Part shown: in pieces, positions 29,101 through 37,585 of the stretch
Layout of the letters: each line of letters starts with the position of its first letter
Numbering within the stretch: position 1 is the stretch's first letter
Sequence record: DRR723986_6593
Length of the DNA stretch: 41,951 nucleotides
Reading direction: 5' to 3' (one strand)
The notes under the pieces: model-generated
Databases searched by the model: none
Seen by the model: only the letters and a program-made list of their open reading frames with translations
Told to the model about the DNA's origin: nothing
Position numbers and translations under genes: made by a program

Positions 29101-29383
29101 CTCGGATACCAGAAAAGGTTCCGGAGCAACAGTGATTTCGAGTGCAGGTGGGGCAGAATATGCTTTAGAATCTGATCAATGGAAAAATGGATTATTCACC
29201 TATGCATTACTTTCAGGATTGTCTAATTATCAAAAGGTTGGGAACGGAGATCCTCAAATATTGGTGTCTGAAATACGAGCCTATGTCTATAGCGTTGTTG
29301 AAGAACTTTCTAAGGGTAAACAAATTCCTTCATCACGAGAAGAAAATATTACACAAGATTACATTATATTTGGAAATAATTAA
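26132..29383 (+). CDS. Exported WD40-repeat + caspase-like (peptidase C14) protein
   Basis: Signal peptide; many WD40 repeats (GHSDQIN, LTGHAG, LEGHKN); C14 dyad FIAGHG (His889) and IMDTCHSG (Cys939); EYALES...NGLFTYALL and GKQIP. Confidence 0.9.
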   Translation: MNKSLLLICLFFVAHISLADVKPEVVLTTGHSDQINAMVTSPNGRFLASSGNNKIIKIWEIATTQEYRTLSGYDGRMNEIIFSMDNRHLAGLSDQGELIVWDVLSGEEKFKLNTSTSSLQGLGFSKDGKKVYHAGERNTLSVSVLATGQTTSTEMYSTAMVLDTNKQIIYSLDHLGKLNYFNVESESFVKEVQLFKEFNYPFSGIEVSPDGKYLACGFNDDKLRIYDTDKHQFVYVSSKFGSKIQDIVFDPRKPYLYISDATGLVTVFDYKKQKLLQEHQSETFTAQCITAHPVGEVVILANFASINFYDVKRKKVFKQLSGKTTRISWVAHNPQKEYLAVATDDVNIQLWDLKLNKVVEKFRGFKPCEFSSDGRFLFYQNSQLEIGIYDIDKGVEVQSLKTNYQLQMSMAVSDDGKYLAGGGLSTGINIWDLEKNKSIGMLTGHAGIVTSVHFHPTLPLLVSTSYDQTTRIWDIKTMKEIQRFEDQKICVSEGKFSPDGKLLATAAWDKTIYIRNVADWTTKYVLEGHKNMINSLDFNQESSILASAAGNNAVAEFDNSVITWNMATGEQYCQMNDHKTALTKLIFDQNNGRIYSSSEDGEIKITEPKTCEVVATYVGTTENEFAIYTPDNYYMSSRKALQGMAFRLNNRLVAFEQFDIYLNRPDIVAERLGKSSSQVIKAYNYLFKKRLRKLNIEEGDLQIDYAIPNILIETKPELVTAEPIQKIWISAWDEKYHIQQINVFVNDVPIFGEDGYRPNGNVKSLKKEFEIPLVEQNNRIQFSCVNSNGTESLYETVDVIREGSDEKHDLYIVSIGVSNYQDNRFNLTYPTKDATDVIEKLSGSTMGYGNVYKKLLLDSDVTVTNFRELSDFFKDCSHEDLAIIFIAGHGVLDANFDYYYGTYDMDFNEPDKKGLAYDQIHSLLNSIKAYKKLLIMDTCHSGELDKEEIEEGPAPELIEGDIQFRSAGAGVAKKSGMGFDNSISLVQDIFSDTRKGSGATVISSAGGAEYALESDQWKNGLFTYALLSGLSNYQKVGNGDPQILVSEIRAYVYSVVEELSKGKQIPSSREENITQDYIIFGNN

Positions 29384-29799
29384 TGGATCATTACGAAATC
29401 ATAAAGCCCAATATTCCAACCGGTCAGGTCTATCACTTTATAACTGATTATGATGTTGAATATGAAGTAAGGTTTGCCAGAAAGAAAGAAAACATCCTTC
29501 ATGCAGTCATTGCTTTTGGTGTGTTGAATGAAGAATATGAAGGAGAAGAATATGCTCTAACGAATAAGGGTGATGTCTTTAAAGTAATGAGAACAATAAT
29601 TACAATCATTGATTATTACGGTGAAAAACATCCAAATACGCAGGTATTCGAATTTACGGGTGTTTTCAAAGAGGGTGAGGATACAGAACTTTCGCAAAGG
29701 ACGAAATTGTACTTGAGATATCTACCAAGGATTTTTGACCATACTTGGCAAATCACAATGGAGGGTAATAAGATTTTCGTCACCAAAAAACGTAAGTAA
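29383..29799 (+). CDS. Hypothetical protein (resembles small Bacteroidota DUF6934-like proteins)
   Basis: 138 aa, TAATG-coupled to the caspase gene; motif [13 protein letters not shown]...HPN...FTG...RTKLYLRYL. The family resemblance is from memory only. Confidence 0.6.
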   Translation: MDHYEIIKPNIPTGQVYHFITDYDVEYEVRFARKKENILHAVIAFGVLNEEYEGEEYALTNKGDVFKVMRTIITIIDYYGEKHPNTQVFEFTGVFKEGEDTELSQRTKLYLRYLPRIFDHTWQITMEGNKIFVTKKRK

Positions 29800-29840
29800 A
29801 TTACGCTTTACCTTTATTTATTTGTTCAAAATTCTATAGC

Positions 29841-31127
29841 ATGCAAAACATGAATGAAATTATCTGTCCGAACTGTTCCAAAGCTTTCAAAATTGATGAA
29901 ACGGGTTTTGCAGATATTGTGAAGCAGGTGCGCGATCATCAATTTGAAGAAGAATTAAACAGCAGACTTGATCTTGCTAAAAAAGACAAGGAAAATGCAG
30001 TTGAACTAGCCAAGGCGAATACGATAAATTCAATGCAAGAAGAATTGGCTAAAAAAGACAAAGAATTAGCTGAGTTAAAAGCTAAAAGTGATTCAGAACT
30101 TGCCCAAAAACTGGCCAAAAAAGAATCGGAAATTGCCGAAATGAAAGCACAAATTCAAAGTGCAGAAGTACAAAAAAAATTGGACGTTTCAGAAGCAGTT
30201 AAACAAATCGAAAAAGAAAGAGATGATCTTGCAAACGTTTTAAGAATAAAAGAAACCGAGACTCAGCTCCTTGAAAAATCAATAAAAGAAAATTACTCAA
30301 ATCAATTGATTGTAAAGGAAGAAACGATTAAAATGAAAGATGATGAAATAGCTCGTTTGAAAGAGTTTAAACAGAAACTTTCAACAAAAATGGTCGGAGA
30401 AACCTTAGAGCAGCATTGTGAAACTGAATTCAATAAACTACGAGCCACTGCATTTCAAAATGCATATTTTGAGAAAGATAATGATGCTAAATCTGGAAGT
30501 AAAGGAGACTATATCTATAAAGAATCTGATGATTTAGGGAATGAAATTATTTCGATCATGTTTGAAATGAAAAATGAAAATGATGAGACGGCTACTAAAA
30601 AAAGGAATGAAGATTTCTTTGCTAAACTTGATAAAGATAGAAGGGATAAAGGCTGTGAATATGCAGTGTTAGTTTCGCTTTTAGAATCAGAAAATGAATT
30701 CTACAATACTGGAATAGTTGATGTATCGCACAGATATGAAAAAATGTATGTGATCAGACCTCAGTTTTTTATTCCAATTATTACGCTATTACGCAACGCC
30801 GCTATGAATTCTTTGCAATATAAGGCGGAGTTGAATTTAATGCGGAATCAAAATATTGACATCACAAATTTTGAAGAGAAAATTAATACGTTCAAGACGG
30901 GGTTTGCAAAAAACTACGAATTAGCAAGTCGTAAATTTAAAACGGCTATTGAAGAAATTGACAAAACAATTTCACATTTAAATAAAACGAAAGAGGCTTT
31001 GTTGTCATCTGAAAACAACCTGCGTCTTGCAAACAATAAGGCAGAAGATTTAACAATCAAAAAATTGACTTATGACAATCCCACAATGAAAGCTAAATTC
31101 AATGATGAATCAGATAATCAGGAATAG
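29841..31127 (+). CDS. DUF2130 family coiled-coil protein (RmuC-like architecture)
   Basis: N-terminal IICPNC...FKIDE, long coiled coil, [41 protein letters not shown] and [12 protein letters not shown]. Confidence 0.88.
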   Translation: MQNMNEIICPNCSKAFKIDETGFADIVKQVRDHQFEEELNSRLDLAKKDKENAVELAKANTINSMQEELAKKDKELAELKAKSDSELAQKLAKKESEIAEMKAQIQSAEVQKKLDVSEAVKQIEKERDDLANVLRIKETETQLLEKSIKENYSNQLIVKEETIKMKDDEIARLKEFKQKLSTKMVGETLEQHCETEFNKLRATAFQNAYFEKDNDAKSGSKGDYIYKESDDLGNEIISIMFEMKNENDETATKKRNEDFFAKLDKDRRDKGCEYAVLVSLLESENEFYNTGIVDVSHRYEKMYVIRPQFFIPIITLLRNAAMNSLQYKAELNLMRNQNIDITNFEEKINTFKTGFAKNYELASRKFKTAIEEIDKTISHLNKTKEALLSSENNLRLANNKAEDLTIKKLTYDNPTMKAKFNDESDNQE

Positions 31128-31131
31128 ACCA

Positions 31132-34100
31132 TCACTGAATTACCAATTTCAGAATACTCAATTCCCCAGAGTTTAGATCCTTAAATCTAATAAAGTAGGT
31201 TCCTGATGCTATATTTCCAGTTAGATCAATGCTTGTAGATCCTGAATTTGAAAGAACCGAGTGAATTAATTTTCCACTTAAATCTACAATTTCGGCATTC
31301 CAACTTGATACATCCGTAATGATACTTAAGTTGCCTTTTGTTGGGTTTGGATAAACTTCAAAAAGATGTTGAGTCAATTCACCAATACCCGCACAGTCAC
31401 TTACCGCAATACCCATTGTTGATTGAGAAGGACAATTTCCAGCAATTGAGTAGGTGATCACCCATGCCCCCGTTCCAGCTAAACTCGGATCAAATTCACC
31501 TGTTGATGCATCAATACAAGAACCGCAATCTGCTGTCCATGTTCCGCCAGGAGTTGTTGACATCAATTGTTGAACACCTTCATAAATACAAAACGGCCCC
31601 GCAGGTTCCATGCTTGCGTCTTCAGCCTCATCAACTACAATATCCTCAGTATCCGTATCGCCGCACGAACCACTGATTGTATAAGTTACTGTATGTGTAC
31701 CTATGCCCGCAGCACTCGGGTCAAATTCACCTGTTGATGCATTTGTAATACCTGTTCCAGACCAAACGCCACCATTATCAACAGCAGTCAAATTAATTGG
31801 GCCAGATCCTAAACAAATAACTGAACTTGGATTGATTGTTGCATCATAACTCGTTGATACAACAACATCCAATTGGTCAGTGTCTCCGCACATTCCGGTA
31901 ATATCATATTGAATAGTGTGTGTTCCAACACCAGCCACAGCTGGGTCAAAATCAGTTCCTGAAACACCAGTGCCTGACCATGTTCCTCCTGCGTTTGCTG
32001 CTGTAAGGGCAACAATGCCGTCCGACAGGCATAGTGGCGCAATCGGGTCAATCGTTGCATCTGATTGTGGAGTTACCGTTGCAATAACTTCGGTTCTCTC
32101 TGATGTACATCCAGGGCTTTCTATCTCCCAATTGTAGAAGAAATAGTACCAATCTAATCCAGGGCTGGCTTGAGTAATAGTCACTTCGCCACCTCCAACT
32201 GTATATGGGTAAGATGGACCTGTATTGTTTCTATACAGGTCTTGCTGTGACCCGTTCAATGTTCCTAATTGTAAGTTAACTCCGACAGGAATATTAAAGT
32301 TTAATGTAATCGTTTGTTCTCCATCTGGAATATTCACAACTGCAGACTGGATGACTGATCCTGCATTATCTCTTAATTCAATGGTTCGGTTGCCAGCACC
32401 GTTTGCGTAAACTTTTACAGTTTTTAATACAACAGGAGCAACACAATCAAATACTAAATGCTGGTCTCCGTTAAAGAAACCGCCACCACCAAATGTGTTG
32501 TCAGCAGGGCCTAAATTTTGAGTGGCACCTGGGAATTGTTCCTCTACATAAAATGAAGTAGTAGTAGTTAACGGTGAAGTGTTATAGCTAGCTCCAGTAG
32601 ATAAAATTGGTCCTCCGTTTTGAGCAGCATACCAATTTAACGAACCGGAAGATCCAGTTGCCGTCAAAGCAGCTGAGTTACTTTCACAAACATTGTCACC
32701 AAGTCCAGTTGGAGCAGGAGGTAAATCGACATGAATGTAATTCACTTTTGTCACAACGTCAGAACCGTTAACATTCGTTGCGGTTAAAACTACAGTATAG
32801 TCACCGTTTACCGTATAGTCATGTGTTGGATGTTGGGCCGTAGATGAATTTCCATCACCGAAATCCCATAACCACTGACTCGGACCATCAGTACTTAAAT
32901 CTGTAAAGTTGATTTCACCATTACAAGTCGTATCTGCATCTGCCGTGAAATCTGCGGTCGGTGGTACTGTAGGTAAATTACAAGACCAATCAATTTGATA
33001 ACCTGCGTCTTCCACACCACCATCTGAATGGAAAACTATTGTAATTGAGGCGCCGGTTGAGCTGACAGTTGTTGGAATATTATTATTGCAATACGTATCG
33101 ATTAGTGGAGAGGCCGCTGAAGGACCGTCATAAACCTCTAAATAATCATAATTACAACTTCCGGATTGACCAGCCTCTACATCAAATAGCACAAAGTTTA
33201 AATCTACTGTAGCAGCGCCAATAGGAGATATTGTGATTTGTGCATCCTCATCAGCTCCATAATTCCCTGACGCTCCACCTGAATCGAATAATGTTCCGTC
33301 ACATTTAGTTTGTGTGGTTCCTGTTCCATTATTCGGCATATTTACGATACAAGCAACAGCCGTGTCAATCGTAATATAGTTCACAAATGTTGTTGTATCT
33401 ATTCCGCATAACCCACCGTCAGCAATTAATTGAACAGTATACTGACCTAAATTATTATAGGTGTGTGAAGGACTGATTGCCGTTGAACTGTTTCCATCAC
33501 CGAAATCCCAAGTGAAAGTAGTTCCGTTACTACTCAAGTTATTAAAATTAAACGTGGCTGGTGCAGCACAAGCCGAAGTAATCGGTGTGTCAAAATTTGA
33601 AATGATGGTCGATACATATGGCGTTCCAACTCCAACCGCATACCAAGCATTAGTTGTAGCTTCCACTTCCGGAGTACATCCACCAAATAAATCAATTGCC
33701 GATTGAATTGCGTAGAATCTAGCATCAGCGAATCCAGAACTTGCCGTTAAATACACCGTTAAATTTCTGAAAGCAATATCACTAGCATTATCGAATCCAA
33801 TTCCATTGACCGTATAAGCGTCTCCATTATCATTTGTGCCTGTTCCCCCGGTTACTAATAGGTAGTACCAAAAGTTTTGAACACCACTATTGGTATGAAC
33901 ACCACCATTATCTGCTCCTCCAAGAGGCGCCCAGTTATTCCCGAAATAAGTATCAGGATCTCCGTACGACCCAGGATTTGACATAGATCTTAAAGCAGAT
34001 CCGATATCTTCGCCGATCAACCAATTCCAATTCGTTGGACGCGCAAAGTTTTCTATAGATGTACCAAAAATGTCAGAGAAAGATTCGTTCAATGCCCCAG

Positions 34101-35310
34101 ACTCGTCTTGGTAAACAAGGCCCGCCGTGAAAGTTGTTAGCCCATGTGATACCTCATGACCCGCAATATCTAATGCTGTTAACGGGTTCCAACTTGCATT
34201 TCCATCCCCATAAGTCATCCTTTGGCCATCCCAGAATGCATTGGCATAATTCACATCATAATGCACATAGCTGTTCAATGCAAACCCATTTCCATCAATA
34301 GAATTTCTTTGATGTTCTAACCAAAAATAATCATAAGTCATTTCTGCCCCCCAGTGCGCATCCGTAGCATATTCATCTAGTTGCGGATTCACATTATCCC
34401 AAAAGTTATCGGTATCAGTGAAATCAACTGAAGCACCATAACTTGTTCCTTGTTGCATATTATAGGTGTTGACACCGTTTCCTCTGCCGCTTTCTCTCAA
34501 TCTGTAACTACCTCCAAAACTATCAGCAATTATTGTTTGTACACCGCTGTAGGCAGTTTGTGCAGTTCCTGTAACATCAACATGATGGAATACTTCGTCT
34601 TCATAAATAATTTCACCAGTAGAAGCATCAACATAGATATATGCTCTTGAAACTGGTTCATGGGCATAAATGTTAAATTTGTAAGCCAATCTAAAAGACC
34701 CATTCGTGTGCTGACCGTGTTTACTAATATTTACCAATTCTCCTGAAGGATAATAGGTTGCAGTCTCATCTCCTGTTTCTCTTTTTAAATGCGCTTCTTC
34801 TTGAGGTAATTCCCATTTGTAGATGTTGGCTCCAACGTGATCTAATGCCTTTTGCATAGCTGCCTGTTCTGTGATTGATGCGGCATTGGACTGAGCCAAT
34901 TGTGCATATATCAGTCCATTCATAGAATAAACTTTACCATTTTTGGAGTGTAAAATCCACACAGCATGTTCAACTGGTTTGCCATTATAGGTTTGCTGAT
35001 ATCGGTAATGTTTGTGCCCTAGTTGATCATTTTCAATATTGATCAACTTAAAGTCCATTGAAGAACTCAGTTTAAAACTGCTTTTCATCCAAGGCATGCA
35101 ATCATCCAAATCTAGTTCCTTACCCTGCTTAAATTTAAGGTAGGATGGAACTGAAGAGTGGTTGCTGGTTCTTACCATTTCAGCACTGCCAAACAAGTTA
35201 GCCGCTGCAGGACCTGTTAATACCTCTTGTGCAAATGATTGATGAGATTGGGCAAGAATAAGCATGCAAATAGCATACTTTAAACTTGTAAAAAGTTTAT
35301 TTTTTTTCAT
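31132..35310 (-). CDS. T9SS-secreted M4 (thermolysin-like) metallopeptidase with PKD, CUB, Ig-like repeats and type A CTD
   Basis: FTP/PepSY-like propeptide; NAFWDG, HEVSH, GALNESFSD and GGVHTNSG; two WDFGDGNSST PKD domains; CUB (YDYLEVYDG, FHSD); CTD VYPNPTKG...KLVIQ. Confidence 0.93.
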   Translation of the reverse strand: MKKNKLFTSLKYAICMLILAQSHQSFAQEVLTGPAAANLFGSAEMVRTSNHSSVPSYLKFKQGKELDLDDCMPWMKSSFKLSSSMDFKLINIENDQLGHKHYRYQQTYNGKPVEHAVWILHSKNGKVYSMNGLIYAQLAQSNAASITEQAAMQKALDHVGANIYKWELPQEEAHLKRETGDETATYYPSGELVNISKHGQHTNGSFRLAYKFNIYAHEPVSRAYIYVDASTGEIIYEDEVFHHVDVTGTAQTAYSGVQTIIADSFGGSYRLRESGRGNGVNTYNMQQGTSYGASVDFTDTDNFWDNVNPQLDEYATDAHWGAEMTYDYFWLEHQRNSIDGNGFALNSYVHYDVNYANAFWDGQRMTYGDGNASWNPLTALDIAGHEVSHGLTTFTAGLVYQDESGALNESFSDIFGTSIENFARPTNWNWLIGEDIGSALRSMSNPGSYGDPDTYFGNNWAPLGGADNGGVHTNSGVQNFWYYLLVTGGTGTNDNGDAYTVNGIGFDNASDIAFRNLTVYLTASSGFADARFYAIQSAIDLFGGCTPEVEATTNAWYAVGVGTPYVSTIISNFDTPITSACAAPATFNFNNLSSNGTTFTWDFGDGNSSTAISPSHTYNNLGQYTVQLIADGGLCGIDTTTFVNYITIDTAVACIVNMPNNGTGTTQTKCDGTLFDSGGASGNYGADEDAQITISPIGAATVDLNFVLFDVEAGQSGSCNYDYLEVYDGPSAASPLIDTYCNNNIPTTVSSTGASITIVFHSDGGVEDAGYQIDWSCNLPTVPPTADFTADADTTCNGEINFTDLSTDGPSQWLWDFGDGNSSTAQHPTHDYTVNGDYTVVLTATNVNGSDVVTKVNYIHVDLPPAPTGLGDNVCESNSAALTATGSSGSLNWYAAQNGGPILSTGASYNTSPLTTTTSFYVEEQFPGATQNLGPADNTFGGGGFFNGDQHLVFDCVAPVVLKTVKVYANGAGNRTIELRDNAGSVIQSAVVNIPDGEQTITLNFNIPVGVNLQLGTLNGSQQDLYRNNTGPSYPYTVGGGEVTITQASPGLDWYYFFYNWEIESPGCTSERTEVIATVTPQSDATIDPIAPLCLSDGIVALTAANAGGTWSGTGVSGTDFDPAVAGVGTHTIQYDITGMCGDTDQLDVVVSTSYDATINPSSVICLGSGPINLTAVDNGGVWSGTGITNASTGEFDPSAAGIGTHTVTYTISGSCGDTDTEDIVVDEAEDASMEPAGPFCIYEGVQQLMSTTPGGTWTADCGSCIDASTGEFDPSLAGTGAWVITYSIAGNCPSQSTMGIAVSDCAGIGELTQHLFEVYPNPTKGNLSIITDVSSWNAEIVDLSGKLIHSVLSNSGSTSIDLTGNIASGTYFIRFKDLNSGELSILKLVIQ
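31390..32061 (-). repeat. Three tandem ~75-aa Ig-like repeats in the M4 peptidase
   Basis: Units DA....C......L....GG.W.......FDP..AG.G...I.Y.I.G.C. The 22-mer TCAAATTCACCTGTTGATGCAT is identical at 31490-31511 and 31721-31742. Confidence 0.8.
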
Positions 35311-35512
35311 GGAAATTAATTGAGACTCTCAAGATACCGATAAATTAGTCCTTATCCAACGAATCTGTTCGGATAAAGGATTTTTAGACAGAGTATTCTT
35401 GGATTGTTAAAAAAAAATGGATGATTTTTAATTTGGACTAACATCTCCTCAAAAAGAGCTTAAATAATTTATATCTTTAGCTCTTCATTACTGCACAAAA
35501 AACAGCTAACCT

Positions 35513-36682
35513 ATGCCAAAGATTTTAATTATTGATGATGAGAGAAGTATCAGACGAACACTGAAAGAAATTTTAGAGTTTGAAAGTTATGAAGTAGAAG
35601 CCGTTGAGGATGGAATTGCGGGGGTAAAAGAAGCAATGGCTAATCAATATGATGTGATTTTTTGTGATATTAAAATGCCACAAATGGATGGTATTGAGGT
35701 ATTGACAAAGTTGAAAAATGATGGTTTAGAAACGCCAATCATTATGATTTCTGGACACGGAAATATCGAAACTGCTGTTGAATCGATAAGAAGTGGAGCT
35801 TATGATTTTATTGAAAAGCCGCTTGATTTAAATAGAATTCTGGTTACAATAAAAAACGCTCTTGAAAAAACTGATTTAGTTGAAGAGACAAAAGTGTTGA
35901 AAAAAGTAATCAAGAGTCAATCAAAGCATTCGGCTATTGTGGGTGATTCAAAACCTATTCAAGCTATTCGTGAAATGATTGAGAAAGTTGCACCTTCAGA
36001 TGCGCGTGTTATGATAACGGGTCCAAATGGTTCTGGTAAAGAGTTAATAGCTCGTCAATTGCATGATCAATCAAATCGTAAAAAAGGACCGTTTGTTGAG
36101 GTGAATTGTGCTGCTATACCATCAGAATTAATTGAATCAGAATTATTCGGACATGAAAAAGGTGCCTTTACATCTGCTGTTAAACAAAAGAAGGGAAAGT
36201 TTGAATTGGCATCAGATGGAACATTGTTTTTAGATGAAATTGGTGACATGAGCGCTTCTGCTCAAGCTAAAGTGTTGCGTGCTCTGCAAGAGAATAGAAT
36301 TACCAGAGTAGGTGGAGAAAAAGATATTAAGGTGAACCCTAGAGTTGTCGCGGCAACAAATAAAGATTTACGTAAAATGATTGCTGATGGACAATTCAGA
36401 GAAGATTTGTTCCATAGATTATCAGTTATTGTAATTGAAAACCCTTCGCTTAACGATCGTTCTGACGATATCCCTTTGCTGGCTAATTATTTTATTGAGA
36501 AATTGTGTCAAGAACATGGAATGCCGCAAAAAACTTTCACAGATTCTGCCTTGAAAGCGTTACAAGCTGTTAACTGGACTGGTAATATCAGAGAGTTAAG
36601 AAATATTGTTGAACGTCTTATCATTCTGTGTGATGCAGAGATTTCAGACAAGGACGTAAAGACTTTCGTAACAACTAAATAA
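35513..36682 (+). CDS. NtrX-like response regulator (receiver + sigma54-type AAA+ domain, no evident C-terminal HTH)
   Basis: IIDDE, CDIKMP and FIEKP; Walker A GPNGSGKE, ESELFGHEKGAFTSA, LFLDEIG, FREDLFHRL and WTGNIRELRN; the protein ends shortly afterwards. Confidence 0.9.
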   Translation: MPKILIIDDERSIRRTLKEILEFESYEVEAVEDGIAGVKEAMANQYDVIFCDIKMPQMDGIEVLTKLKNDGLETPIIMISGHGNIETAVESIRSGAYDFIEKPLDLNRILVTIKNALEKTDLVEETKVLKKVIKSQSKHSAIVGDSKPIQAIREMIEKVAPSDARVMITGPNGSGKELIARQLHDQSNRKKGPFVEVNCAAIPSELIESELFGHEKGAFTSAVKQKKGKFELASDGTLFLDEIGDMSASAQAKVLRALQENRITRVGGEKDIKVNPRVVAATNKDLRKMIADGQFREDLFHRLSVIVIENPSLNDRSDDIPLLANYFIEKLCQEHGMPQKTFTDSALKALQAVNWTGNIRELRNIVERLIILCDAEISDKDVKTFVTTK

Positions 36683-36689
36683 TTTCCTA

Positions 36690-37556
36690 ATGAACATCAT
36701 TCCAGATGAATCTCAAATTCTTGAAATTGTTGAGATTGCATTAAAAGAAGATATCGGTGATGGAGATCATACCTCTTTATCAACAGTGCCAGCAAACGCA
36801 ATTGGTAAGGCAAAGTTGTTAGTTAAAGATTCAGGCGTTTTAGCAGGAGTTGAGCTAGCGAAAATGATATTTAAGCGAGTTGATCCTAATTTGAAGATGG
36901 AGCAATTGCTGAATGATGGTGATCATGTAAAACCAGGTGATATAGCTTTTCACGTTTCAGGTTCATCAAGGTCAATTTTAAGTTCTGAGCGTTTGGTGTT
37001 GAATTTTATGCAACGCATGTCGGGGATTGCGACAAAAACATATGAATTAGCATCTTTAATAGAAGATTTACCAACACAATTATTGGATACACGTAAAACA
37101 ACTCCATGTGTGAGATTAATGGAGAAATGGGCTGTTAGAATAGGAGGGGGGAACAATCATAGATTTGCGCTATATGACATGATCATGATAAAAGACAATC
37201 ATGTAGATTATGCAGGTGGTATTAAAAATGCAATTCTTAGAACAAATCAATATTTGAGAGAAAACAATAAAGATTTAAGAATTGAAATTGAAACAAGAAA
37301 CTTGGATGAGGTGAAAGAGGTGTTAGCAGTAGGTGATGTTGATCGCATTATGTTAGATAACTTTTCTCCCGCTCAAATATCTGAAGCCTTAAAATTAATT
37401 GATCGTCATGAATTTGAAACGGAAGCTTCAGGTGGAATAAATGCTGATACCATCCGGTCTTATGCTGAAACCGGTGTTGACTTCATTTCTTCAGGTGCTC
37501 TGACACATTCATACCAAAGCCTAGATTTAAGCTTGAAAGCAGAATTTGAATTATAA
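36690..37556 (+). CDS. nadC: Nicotinate-nucleotide diphosphorylase (carboxylating), QAPRTase
   Basis: EDIGDGDHT, ERLVLNFMQRMSGIAT, LDTRKTTP, NHRFALYD.IMIKDNH, IMLDNF, EASGGI and GVDFISSGALTHS. Confidence 0.96.
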   Translation: MNIIPDESQILEIVEIALKEDIGDGDHTSLSTVPANAIGKAKLLVKDSGVLAGVELAKMIFKRVDPNLKMEQLLNDGDHVKPGDIAFHVSGSSRSILSSERLVLNFMQRMSGIATKTYELASLIEDLPTQLLDTRKTTPCVRLMEKWAVRIGGGNNHRFALYDMIMIKDNHVDYAGGIKNAILRTNQYLRENNKDLRIEIETRNLDEVKEVLAVGDVDRIMLDNFSPAQISEALKLIDRHEFETEASGGINADTIRSYAETGVDFISSGALTHSYQSLDLSLKAEFEL

Positions 37557-37581
37557 AAAAAGGAGATGTTTCCATCTCCTT
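37555..37581 (-). terminator. Intrinsic terminator between convergent nadC and acyl-CoA ligase
   Basis: AAGGAGATG-TTTC-CATCTCCTT with an A run on the left, which is the U tract on the minus strand. Confidence 0.8.
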
Positions 37582-37585
37582 GATT

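Noticed and set aside
29383-29799. Bacterial gasdermin next to the caspase
   Set aside because: It is too short (138 aa) and has no N-terminal Cys or gasdermin-like pattern.
35349-35380. Imperfect inverted repeat TCCTTATCCAAC...GTTCGGATAAAGGA upstream of the M4 gene
   Set aside because: It needs two bulges, lies between divergent genes where no terminator is expected, and has no second copy. It could be an operator but this is unsupported.
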